From assembly GCF_036321535.1 (NCBI RefSeq), contig NC_087437.1, forward strand, positions 3,596,001 through 3,660,000: a stretch of DNA of 64,000 nt, in the 5' to 3' direction. A program made the position numbers and the translations under genes. Within the stretch, counting starts at the first letter, position 1; the number at the start of each line of letters is the position of its first letter. The notes beneath the pieces were generated by a model. The model made no database searches, was not told the origin of the DNA, and was given only the letters and a program-made list of their open reading frames with translations. This document shows, piece after piece, positions 11,401-23,430 of this stretch. This DNA is from Camelus dromedarius. Its lineage: Eukaryota.

Positions 11401-12100
11401 AAACCCTAAACTATTTCCAGATGGAATACTAGAAAGAGAGGGATGTTAGGAGAAATCACATGATATTGACTATAATTCCAAGATCCATGTAAACCTTATA
11501 AATTATGAAAATTATTTGAAGCTCAATAAATTTGCATCCATCTGCAAGACTACTAACTGGTATTTGGAGTAGTAGCATACGTCTTGATTTCTATATCCAT
11601 AAAAATAATTTCATTCAAATAAAGGTGAAAGAAAGACATTTTTAGATCCACAAAAACTGAGAAAATTCATTGCCAGCAGGAAAGCACTAAAATTCTGAAG
11701 GGGAGTTCCTCCAACAGAAGAAAGAGAATCCCAGGCAGGAACAAGGGATGAAAGGAGTGTAGAGCCCTGGAGGAGGTGGTGTGTGGGTATGTGTAAGTCA
11801 ATACTAACTCCATAAAACAATACCAACTCTCTTGTGGGACTTAAATATGTAGGATAACACTTCATGACAAAAATAATGCAAAAGACATAAGATGGTAAAG
11901 TATCACAAGGTCCTAATATTACTGAGAAAGTGAAGTAATCATTTTTACTAGACTGTAATACGTCAGGATGCACGTTAGAATTGCTAGAGTTGCCACTGAA
12001 AGAATAGTGAAATAATGTGTAACTGACACGTGCATACTACAAGTTACTGGAGGGAAAAACTCAAATAATAAAAATTCAAATTAGAAGAAAGCAAGAAAGC

Positions 12101-12188
12101 GGGAGGGTATAGCTCAGTGGTAGAGCATATGCTTAGCATGCATGAGGTCCAAGGTTCAATTCCCAGTACCTCCATTAAAAGAAATAAA
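12101..12188 (+). mobile_element. tRNA-derived SINE (camelid Vic-1-like)
   Basis: GGGAGGGTATAGCTCAGTGGTAGAGC (A box)...GGTTCAATTCCC (B box), A-rich tail, imperfect AAG(A/C)AAGCAAGAA flanks. Confidence 0.85.
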
Positions 12189-12628
12189 AGAAGCAAGCAA
12201 GAAGGACAGAAAAAGGAACATTAAACAAGTGAGATGTATAGAAAGCAAACAACAAGACAGCAAAGAAAATTATAAATATGGAGTAATTACATTTAACATA
12301 AATAGACAGTACTCCAATAAAAAGATTACCAGACTGGGTAAAAAATTATAACTCTTCATGAAACAAATCTTAAATATAAGAACACAGAGCAGTTGACAGA
12401 AAGAGATATACCATGCAAATACTTATCAGAATATTGCTGGTGTAGCTATACTAACACCAGACAAAGCAGACTTTAGGGCAAGAACCACTACTAGGGTTAA
12501 GATGGTAGACTGGTAAAGAAAGCAAACCTCTAAGAACATACAAGAGTTCTAAAACCACATACACCCAGCAACACTGTGTGTGTAAGTGTGAGCACATGCG
12601 TGTGTACGTGAAGCAAAAATCAACAGAA

Positions 12629-13178
12629 TATTTACAATAGCCAAAACATGGAAACAGCCTAAATGTCCATCAACAGGTGATTGGATAAAGAAGATGTGGT
12701 ATATTTATACAATGGAATACTACTCAGCCATAAAAACAGACAACATAATGCCATTTGCAGCAACATGGATGCTCCTGGAGAATGTCATTCTAAGTGAAGT
12801 AAGCCAGAAAGAGAAAGAAAAATACCATATGAGATCGCTCATATGTGGAATCTAAAAAACAAAACCAAAAAGAAACAAACAAACAAAAACAAAGCATAAA
12901 TACAGGACAGAAATAGACTCACAGACAGAGAATACAGACTTGTGGTTACCAGGGGGGTGGAGGGTGGGAAGGGATAGACTGGGATTTCAAAATTGTAGAA
13001 TAGATAAACAAGATTACACTGTATAGCACAGGGAAATATACACAAAATGTTATGATAACTCACAGAGAAAAAAATGTGACAATGAGTGTGTATATGTCCA
13101 CAAATGACTGAAAAATTGAGCTGAACACTGGAATTTGACACATTGTAAAATGATTATAAATCAATAAAAAATGTTAAA
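12629..13178 (+). mobile_element. Young 5'-truncated L1 (ORF2 end plus 3' UTR) nested in older L1
   Basis: Perfect 14-bp TSD AAAAATCAACAGAA at 12615-12628 and 13179-13192; ATGGAATACTACTCAGCCATAAAAA motif; AATAAA and A tail. Confidence 0.9.
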
Positions 13179-14525
13179 AAAAATCAACAGAAAGAAAAAG
13201 AAAAATAGACAAATTCACAATCAGTGTGAAAGACTTTAACACATTTCCAATAACTGATAGAACAAGCAAACAGAAAAAAGTCAGTAAGGATAGAGAAAAT
13301 CTAAACACAATTACCAAAATCGGCAAATTAACATAAATGCACTGAACAATGACAGAATTCAGGTTCTTTTCAAGGGCACATGAAACATTTACCAAAATTG
13401 GCCTTACAGACAATTGAAATCTTCAGGGAGTATTTCCTGACAACAGTGAAATTAAGCTAGACATTAACAACATTAAGCTACAAGATCTCCAACTGCTTGA
13501 AAATTAAGGAATACACATCTTAATAGTCCCTGGGTCAAACAAGAAATCACAACAGAAATTAGAAAATATTTTTAAATGAATGCTAATAAAGGCACAAAAT
13601 ATCAACACTAATTAAATGCAGCTAAAGTAAAAGCTTTTAACAAAATTGAAAGTATCAAATGCATATATTAACAAAGAAAAAGTCTTAACATCTATGGTTC
13701 AAGTCAACTTGAGAAGCTAGAAAAAGAGCAGCAAGTCAAGAAAGAAAATTTAAAGAAGGAAAAAAATTTTAAAACAGTGAAAATTAATGAGCTAGAAACA
13801 AACATACAATAAAAATAAAATCAATAAACACTAAAAATGTAATAGACCTCTAGCAAGGCTGATCAAGGAAAGTGGAAACATCACAGAGGTGAAGAAGGCC
13901 AGGGCGGGAAAGCAGGCATCACTGAGGCTGCACAGGTGTTAGAAGTGTCAGGGTGACGTCATAAACATAGTTTTCTCCAAGAAATCTGACAAACCAGATG
14001 AAACAATAGTCTTTAAAAATGTAACTTAGCAAACTCATATGAGAAGAGATAGAAAATCTACTAAACAGAGAAAAGTAACTGTTTAATATAGTAACTGAAA
14101 AAAAAATTTAACAAGGGAAACTTCCATAGCCAGATGGCTTTACTGTACTGGCAAATTCTTCCAAATATTTAAGGAATAAATAACACCAATCTTATTCAAT
14201 GTCTCCTTTTATAAACATATAATGAGGAAAAGATAAGAAAGGAAAAATATAGAAAAAGGAAAATTATAGGTGAATTTTTTCATCAACACACAGTCAACAA
14301 ATCCAAACACACACACAAGTGTGTGCATTTCAAATAGGATACTATGATACAGTAAAAAGATAATATATCATGACCAAATAGATTTTATTTCAGGAATACA
14401 GAGTTGACTTAACATTTAAAAATCAATCAATGGAATATATACCTTTTTATAGAAGAAAAGAGAAAATTAAAATTACATCATTATCTTGATGCAGAAAAAA
14501 CATTCGATGAAAGTCAAAACCCATT

Positions 14526-15280
14526 GTGGTGTGGAGAAAAAGGAACCCTTCCACACTGTTGGTGGGACTGTAAATTGGTGCAGCCTCTATGGAAAACAGT
14601 ATGGAGATTCCTTAAAAAACTAAAAATAGAGTTACCATAGGATCCAGCAATCCCACTTCTGGGCATATATCCAGAGGAAACTCTAATTCAAAAAGACACA
14701 TGCACCCCAAGTTCATAGCAGCACTTTTTTTTTTCAATAACCAAGACATGGAAGCAAACTAAATGTCCATCAAGATGACTGGATAAAGAAGATACAATAT
14801 ATGTACAATGGAATACTACTCAGCCATAAACAAGAATGAAATAATACCAGCAACGTGGATTTGCAGCAACATGGCTGGACCTAGAGATTATCATATTAAA
14901 TGAAGTAAGTCAGACAAAGACAAATATCATATATCACTTATATGTGGAATCTAAAAATAAAAGATACAAATGAACTTATTTACAAACCAGAAACAGACTC
15001 ACAGACACTCAAAACAAACTATGGTTAACAAAGGGATAAGGAGTCGAGGGGAGGCATAAATTAGGAGTTTGGGATTAACAGATACACACTACTATATGTA
15101 AAATAGATAAACAACAGGTCCTACTGTATAGCACAGGGGACTATATTCAATATCTTGTAATAATCTATAAAGGAAAAGAATATGAAAAAGAACATATATA
15201 TGTATAATTGAATCACTTTGCTGTACACCTGAAACTAACACGACATTGTAAATCAACTGTACTTCAATTAAAAAAAAAAT
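14526..15280 (+). mobile_element. Second 5'-truncated L1 3' end nested in older L1
   Basis: GTGTGGAGAAAAAGGAACCC...CAGCAATCCCACTTCTGGG...GCTGTACACCTGAAACTAACA...A tail. The host L1 ORF2 sequence resumes after it. Confidence 0.85.
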
Positions 15281-17439
15281 CTGTGATTTAAAAAAGAGGA
15301 AAACTGAGCACACTGGGAATGGAAGAGAACTTCCTTAATCTGATTTTAAAGTTATAAAATATATAGTAACTATTATACTTACTAGTAAAATACTGAAAGT
15401 TTATGCTTTACTTTTGAGATCAAGAAAAAAGATAAGAAATCCTACTGTCATCATTGCTATTCAACACTGAAGTGAGGGTGCCACCCAAACAATAGGCCAG
15501 AAACAGTAAAACATAGCCATGAAGATTAAAAAAGACAGAGCGTCATTAAGTATTTGAACATGATTGAGCACATTTATAAAGGTCAAAAGACACTACTAAC
15601 TATTAGAATTAACAATTAAATTTATCAAAGTTGTTGGATACAAAGGTAATTTCTATAAGCCTGTACAGACACACTTAAAAATGAAATTAAAAGTGTCAAT
15701 TATGTTAACATCACAAAATGTTAAATACCTAGGAATAAATCTAATGTAAGATGTGCAGGATCCTGCCCTGTAAACCTGAATACATTGCTGAGAGGAATTA
15801 GAGAAGACCTAAAAAACCAGGGAGGGGTAGAGCCACACTCCTGGACTGGAAGATTCAATAATATGAAGATGTCCATTTTCCCCAGAGTGACCTGGAGGTC
15901 TAATGCAATATAGATCCGAATCCTAGCAGACTGTTTTGTGGGAACTGAGAAGCTGATTCTAACATTTAAATGGAAATGCAAAGGGCAGCCAAGGAAACTG
16001 AAGAAGATGGAATCTGGAAGTCTTGTATTACCAAATAGCAAGATTTATTATGAGGTTGTATTTCTTATGAAAGTGTGATATTGGCAAAGAAGAAAAAAAG
16101 CAGACAAGTGGAACAAAACACAGGGCTCAAAAACAGGTCTGCACATATTCAATCGCTTGGCTGATGCAAGATGAACTGCACTGTGGTCGAGGAAAAGAAG
16201 ACCCTCTTAATAAAGTATGCTAGTCCAGTGGAGCATCCATATGGAAAATCAGGTATATGGGCCCGTCTCACAGCACACACATGCACAAAAATCAATTACA
16301 GATACAATGATAAAGCTTTTAAGAGAAAGCAGGTGAAAATATCTTCCTGCTCTTGGAGTAAGTGAAGATTTCTTATACAAAAGGCAACAAGTACTAACAA
16401 TAAAGTTAAGGACTGACAAAATGGACTGCAATAAAATCATAAACTTCTATTCATGAAAAGACACCATTTGGAAGGTAAAAATGAAGATACAGAATGAGAA
16501 AAGATACTTGCAATTCAAGGATCTATCAAAGACTGGTATCCGAAAAGGTGTTAAAAATTAATTAAAACTCCTACAAATCAATAAGAAAAAGGAGAATCCA
16601 GTAATAAAACAGGCAAAAGACTTGAGAAGCACTAACTGGCCCCAGATCATGAGAAGGTGTTTAATATTATCAGCCATCAGAGAAATGCAAATTAAAACCA
16701 CAGCGCAGTAACACGACACGCTCATCAGAATGGCTGAAATGAAAAAGGCAGTTATCAAGTCAGCACTTGTTATACTATTTTTTAAAAAAGTTTTCTTAAA
16801 AGAAGAGAGAGGAGGGCTATACACTACTATAATCATCAGACTGAACCAAACACTTTCACACGTGTGGGTATGTGTAAGATACCCGTGTGCTATGCACTGC
16901 CTCTCCATAGAGGACAGCCTGACTCAAACCTCCAGAAGTTTTCTCGCACTGACACAGCAGTGGGGCCACAAGGGCCTTCGGAGATTCGCTCACTCCAAAC
17001 TCCCACTGGTATAGATGAGAAAACCTAAGCTGGGAGAGAGGAAGAATCTGCCCAGATAGGCACGTGCTAGATGAGCCTGTTTGCTACTGGTATCGGTTCT
17101 TATTCAATCATTCTTAGAAATGTTGTCTAAACAATTTACACTGACGACACCCTGCTGTGTAACCTAATGTACATGGAATAATTTGAACACTGAACAAAGC
17201 AAATCAAACTCACAGGTCTGAGAGGAAGAGGATGTCATTCAGGCCCTGTGGGCTCAGAGTCTCCAGGACTCCGGTGAGAAGCAGAGCACAGCCAGACAAC
17301 CTCTAGTGGCTCCCACAGGTCTGAAGGGCTGGACGAGAGCAGCAATCCCTGAGCCAGGAACCTCTGAGCATCCTGGGAGCTGACTGTTCTACTGTCTTCA
17401 CTTAACACAAGTGGCAGCAATCACAATGGCAATAATGAT

Positions 17440-17680
17440 GAAAATGACAGCTGACACTTTAATGATGGTGTTCACTACAAGCCAGGCCCTGTTCTATGTT
17501 CCTCACATATCGAAGCTTATTTAATCATCCTCACAACAGTCCCACTGAAGCAGAAACTATTATTATCATTCCCATTTTTCAGATGAGGAAACCCTAAAAT
17601 TAGGTAAATTGTTCGAGGCCCCGTATTCAGTGGGTGGTGGAGCCAGAGATGCAACACAGGCTGTCTGGCTCGAGAGACAC
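17440..17680 (-). mobile_element. MIR
   Basis: ATTTAATCATCCTCACAACAG...CCCATTTTTCAGATGAGGAAAC core. Confidence 0.75.
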
Positions 17681-19779
17681 AAACTCTGTGCGAGCCCACC
17701 TCTCTGTGCTGCACTCACAGAGCACTTCCGACTGTAAGGACTCTCTTGAGTTGGCAATCCTGTCTAGCCCTGACAGAAGCCTTTCAGGCAGGGGCTGACT
17801 TTCCAAGATTACATCAGGTCCTATCTGGAACCATAACCCACCTTCACAAGTCCCTGGGGCTTGAGACAAGCCTCACAGGGCATTGGACCGTGGCAAATAT
17901 AGGGCACACAGACAGTGAGGCCTTCCAGGGCAAAAGAAGAGGAAGGCAGGCAAGTCTGGCCTTTGCTTTTCTGTTGCTTGGCAGGGAAAGGGGGTTAGTG
18001 GTTTATTAAGCACAGTGAGTTGATCAAAAAGTCAAACCCTGGTTCTATGGAGACATAATTCCATCTTAGCCACATTTGATGAATGCATTAAGGTTATAAA
18101 AAGATCTGGCTAAACAGACTATGAACAATTAGATCTAGAGGATAACTCAGTAATCAACCTGGGTACAAAACGATTCTCTTTTATGGAAAGCCTCTCAGCT
18201 ACACTGGAGGCATGCTGCTTTCCATTTACCCACCTTACTCTGATCTGCTGACATCTGCTTGGGCTTGAGCACGTGGGGAGACTTCATTTATCAACCAGTA
18301 TCATGTGGAGAGGGACCTGCCCTGGTCCCCGCCCGCCTGCCTGGGATGGGAGCCGGTAACTGAAATAGGAGACATTCTGACTGTAGAAACGACCGCGACA
18401 CTTGGGTGAAGGATGTTGTAATTATCCTGTACCAGTTTTACAATCTATCCGCTATGTATATTTGTTATCCTAGTAACTCTTTGTCTGAGTACCTATATGT
18501 CTATGTTTTTATTTTCTCCAGTGCCAACCAGGCATTATTATCTGGAGATAATTACATCATTGCAAATGCATCACTTCTATCCTTTTCAAAGACTTTTCCC
18601 TTATTTGAGAACGAGAATCTTAAATATGGCAATGCAAGAGCAAGGAAGGGTGTGCGACCAGGAGATGAGCTGAAAAACAAGAGGGACCTATTACTTCGCA
18701 GTCTGTGATCTGCGTTCCTTTGTTTTCCTGAAATATGGCCAATTGTGAAGAAATTAGCAAATAAATCCCTGAGGGGGTGAATGTGGCAGAAAACGGGAAA
18801 GGCTGGGATCAGGTGCCCGTGAAGTAAATTATGCCTGAATTCCATAAACCTGCCATCTGTCCAAGTCAACCAGAACTGCCCAGAGGATTTCTGAAGCACA
18901 GATTGATAATGAATTGCAAATGTAACTTAGACTTCCCCTTCTCACGAGGTAACTAAATTTACCCTTTGAAATCTGCCCTGACTTTGCAAAGGGAAGCCTA
19001 CCCCACAGCGGTTCATGACTCTGGTTGGGGAAGTTTTACTGACCTTCTAGATAATATTTTTTATCTGATGTAATCAAGGACCACCCTAACACATGCATCT
19101 AGAAAAGAGTATACGCAATTTAAGCAGTGAATAAATAGAGTAATAGAAATTTAATACGAGAGTAGTAGGTTTTGCTTCAGTGTGTTACTAAACAAAAGTC
19201 TTTACACCTAGGTGCAGTTGAATATCAGCATATACTCAGTGTGGATATAATGAAAGACATTGGGCTGCTTGAAAAAACACTTAAGAAGCTATATTATACA
19301 GCACCTGTTTATTAAGGACTCATCATGTCTCAGAACCTCTATCAGCTTTAAGATGCATACAAATCACCCAAGGATTTTGTGAGAATGCTGATTCTGAGTA
19401 TTTGGGGGAAAATGGTGGCCACAGTGGGACCACAGTTTCTGGATCTTCCTTGAATCCCCATATAAAACAGCAGCTAAATAGCAAACCAAAAACCAGGGCC
19501 AACATTTTCAACAAAGTCAGGTGACAAGATGTCTCCCTGAACCTCAAAGTCTGAGAGCATGAAGACAGACCACAACTGCCATGTGCCCTGCACAGTACTA
19601 AGAAGAAGCAGAGAGAATCAAGGCAGTGACTGAAGGACCCCCAGAACAGTCAACAGGTACTCACTGCAGAGCACAGGGACCAATCTGAGGCTAAAACCTC
19701 AGGGGTTCTACCCAATCCAAAGGCAGGGCGAATGCAAGAGAGCCCCAGGGTGAGGCCTGAAGGGGCTGGAGCACGATCG

Positions 19780-19910
19780 CTCAGGACTGTCCAGGGGAAA
19801 TTTCTGCGATGTTGGAAATGGTCTCCATTTCTGTCCGTCATAACCACAAGCCATGGGTGGCTACTGAGCACTCAAAACACGGCTAGAGTGTCTGAGGATC
19901 TGAGTTTTTA
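19780..19910. mobile_element. MER3-like hAT relic
   Basis: CTGTCCAGGGGAAATTTCTGCGATGTTGGAAATG...GTGGCTACTGAGCACTCAAAA. Confidence 0.55.
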
Positions 19911-22204
19911 AAAAGAGTAATGAAAAGTGAATGCATTCCTGCTACGATATCATCCCAGTATAGAATCGTGTTTTGGGGAAAATTCATATAATTTTAGAGA
20001 CAAAGTTTGGATGGATTTCACATGCTGCTCAGACCAGCTCTTTCTAATTACCTTCTTCCACAACTGATCATCACAATGTGTGAAGGAGGATTGTCTCATC
20101 TCCCTCCACCATGGTGTTCCCAAGCCCTCCACACCCGAAGAATCCGGCCAACGGAAGAACTGAGGACACGATCAACACCAGGGGGAAGAGGGGAGGGCAG
20201 GGCGATCACAGGGGGCAGAGGAGAGAGACTTTTTGCATCTTTAGCTGTTCCTGGGGTCATGGTCACAGACTCCACGCCAACCATAACGTGTGGGATGTGA
20301 GTGTGGGCAGTGCTCAGAGCAGGTAGACAGGGGGCTAGAGGCAAGGAGGGCCCTTCCACTGCTGCCACTCCTCTTTCGGCCCCCACCCCACAAGGGCTGG
20401 ACGTGGGAACAGCACGCACTGCCCCTGTGGCATAAGACTTCACCCTCTTGTGAATGACTGCTCCAACTGTGTCCATCATCTCTCACTGCCTCTGGAGGCT
20501 CTTGTAACATGGACAGAGTGCCAGAAGTAGCAGAATACGCCGACTCACCCGAAGGCCTGCTCCTCTGCCTCTGTCTCCACACCACTTCTCCCCACTGCCA
20601 TCTGTCCTCCATCCCTGAGTCCGGTGTCACCGTAACACCAACTCTCCTGGCAGACTGCTCACCCCTCCCATCCTTCTCCAGGGGAGGGGAGTGCACTTCC
20701 TTCCTTGCTGACATGGGGACTGGCCACATGGCCTTCCTGGTCACTGGCACGGGACACCAGGTGGAAGCTCTGCCTGCGGTCTCCTGGTATGGCGCAGCCC
20801 TCGCTCCTTCCCTCAGCACTAGACAGGCTCATTCGGGTCAGGGCACAGCCTGAGTCCTGGACCTGGGAAACCTGGAGCAGGGCACTGTTATGTGCAGTCC
20901 TCTGTAACTTGAGGAGGAGCACACTTCATAAGGACCTGAGATCCTGGAGCTCTTTGTTATTGCAGCAAAGCTGACTAATATACCATCGCCTTGTTTAACA
21001 GCCTTCAGCAGCTCCGCTGCCCCAGAACATAAAGTTCAGGCTCCTTAGCACGACTCCACGGGCCATGCACCATGTGAACTCCACCTCTTCAGTCTCAGGA
21101 ATTTATTGCCCCACCCTCTCCAACACACACACACTTTGTCCTCAGTGGTCAGAAGGCGCCGAGAATCACTAAGCTTCCGTGTCCTCGCAGTGCTCCAGGG
21201 TCTTTCTGGAGGCAGAGAAAGCCCAGGTCACTTGCAACTATTTTAAAATTCTCATTATATTTTCTAAAATACTTGAAAATTTTACATTTAATACACTAAC
21301 ACCTTTAACATATATGAACTCATTTGAAGATAACTTCAGATACACACATTTGAGGCCCACTGTGAGTGACAAGACTGAGTGACTCTTCTGGGCAGCCTTC
21401 TCCCCACCCTTCATAGCCCCTTCCCCAGTGGACACCCCCTCACCTCCAGTCATGGGCACTGGGTCCTTCTAAGGCATTTTGTCAGACTTTCCTCCATCCC
21501 TCCACATCCTGAGCAGGCATCATCTACTCTCTGAGACTATAGCGGATGCTCTGCCCCCTCACCCTGAGTGAATCTCACTCCCGTACATCAGGGCCTCCTT
21601 GTTTTCCTCTATAACAACATACGGCAAGTTGTGTGTCTGTCAGTCTTTTGAGGACAAAGATCAGAACTTAACACGTCTTGATGTTTCTTTCTTTCTGTGA
21701 ACACCCACGGGCAACAGGGAGTAAGGCCAAGGGAGCCAGACATCCTGGAAACTGGCTTTCTGGGTGGGAAGGGAAGCCCTGATCTGTAGCGTTTACTGAT
21801 TTCTGTGGGGCTGAGAAGAGATGTGGATGGTGGAGTCCTGTGAGCTGGTCTGAGCACACCACTGAGCTATGGGAAAGATGGAGCGATGGTGCTGGAGTCA
21901 GAAGGTGGTCCAAGGCTGGGACCAGAGGGAGAAAGGGGAGTCAAGGGGAGTGAAGAGCGAGTCTGAGGCACACGGAAAGGCTGCTGGTCCAGGGCTCTCG
22001 GCTGAGGCCCAGGTTTGTGGGCTCCATCCATCAAATGCACCTACACGCAGAGTACCGGACAGCTCTCCTGGCACAAGCCACTTCTCTTAAGCCATTCTTT
22101 GAACTTTTTAAAATAGAAAAAATGAACAGTGCCAGCTGGTCATAATGGACACCCAGACTAGAAGCTGTGTCTCAACTCCTGGCTTGCTGTCCTCCTGATA
22201 AAGC

Positions 22205-22625
22205 CCCATTCTAGTCACCACTGCTGCATAATAAATCACCTCAAAACTTAGTGCCTGGAGACAACAATAATCAGGAATTTTGCTCATGAATCTATGCTTT
22301 CAGAAACTGACAGGGAAGGCGTGAATCTGCTCCCCACGGCACCTGCTGGGCGAGCTCAGCGGAGACTGGAAGATCCGTTTCCAAGCTGGCTGACAGGTGT
22401 TGGCATCGTCTGGAAGCCCAGTCAGGGCTAAAGACCAGAGGTAAAGGCTCCTTCCACACTGGCCTCCCAATGTGCTTCTCAGGCTTCCTTACCACATAGT
22501 AGCTGGAGTCCAAGAGCGTGGATCTCAAGGCACTCAGACAGAAGCTGTGTCACCTTTTATGACCTAGACTCAGAAGTTACATGGTATCAATTTTGCCGTA
22601 ATCACAGTCTTACCCAAATTAAAGG
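22205..22625 (-). mobile_element. MaLR LTR (MLT1 family)
   Basis: TGCTGCATAATAAATCACCTCAAAACTTAGTG...CACCTTTTATGACCTAGACTCAGAAGT typical of antisense MLT1. Confidence 0.7.
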
Positions 22626-22639
22626 GGTTTACTCTCTAA

Positions 22640-23430
22640 ATGAAAAAACAAGCAAACAACAAGCCCCAGAGAGGTGAGGAGAGTAAGTGTCCAGAGTTAC
22701 TACAATATATCACTAAAATGTCCAGTTTTCACCAATTTAGTGACATGCAAAGAAACAGGAAAGAACAATTCATATACAGGAAAAGAAAACAGGCAACAGA
22801 AACTGTCCAAGAGAGCCCAGAAGTCAGATTCAACAGATACAGACATCTAAGCAGCCATTAAAAATAGATTCAATGAACTAAAGGAAACCATGTTTAAAGA
22901 AGTAAAGTATGATAAAATGTCACATCAATTGGAGAGTATCAGTAAACAGATAGAAATTATATATATTAAAAAAAACAAACAAACACCAAATAGAAATTCT
23001 GGAGCCGAAAAGAACAGTAACTAAAACAAAAAATTCCCCAGAGGGGCTCAACAGTAGATTTTAACCACCAGAGGAAAGAATCAGTGAACTTGAAGACAGA
23101 CTGTCAGAGATTATGCAATCTGAAGAACAGAGAGAAAAATGAAAACAAATGATTATTGCCTCAGAGCATGTGGGAAACCAGATAGCACACCAATATACAC
23201 ATAATGGGAGGCCAGAAAGATGAGATAGAGAGAAGGAGGATAAAAAAACACTCAAAAAAAGAAGGGCTGAAAACTTTCCAAATCTGATCAAGTTTGATGA
23301 AAGATGTTAATTTACATGTCCAAAAATCCCAACTAAATCCAAGTAGGATAAATGCAAATCCACACCTAGATGCATCATGGTAAAAATGCTGAGAGACAAA
23401 GACAAAGAGAAAGTCTTGAGAGAAAACATT
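22640..23430 (+). mobile_element. Old L1 ORF1 fragment
   Basis: GAGGGGCTCAACAGTAGATTT...AAGAATCAGTGAACTTGAAGACAGA...CTGAAAACTTTCCAAATCTGA. Confidence 0.8.

Larger units (their letters stand above)
11430..16760 (+). mobile_element. Old degraded LINE-1 (ORF1 end through ORF2) hosting nested younger insertions
   Basis: A-rich plus strand with L1 ORF2 landmarks (CCAGATGGCTTTACTG...AAATTCTTCCAAATATTTAAGGAA; GATGCAGAAAAAACATTCGAT; AAATACCTAGGAATAAATCTAA; AGAAATGCAAATTAAAACCACA). No intact ORF. Confidence 0.85.

Noticed and set aside
12101..12175. tRNA-like sequence with A and B boxes (also 32003, 36182, 42901)
   Set aside because: Dispersed diverged copies with A-rich tails and TSDs; these are SINEs, not tRNA genes.
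20096..20853. Overlapping 114-192 aa ORFs on both strands
   Set aside because: Low-stop GC-rich DNA with no family resemblance or splice support.
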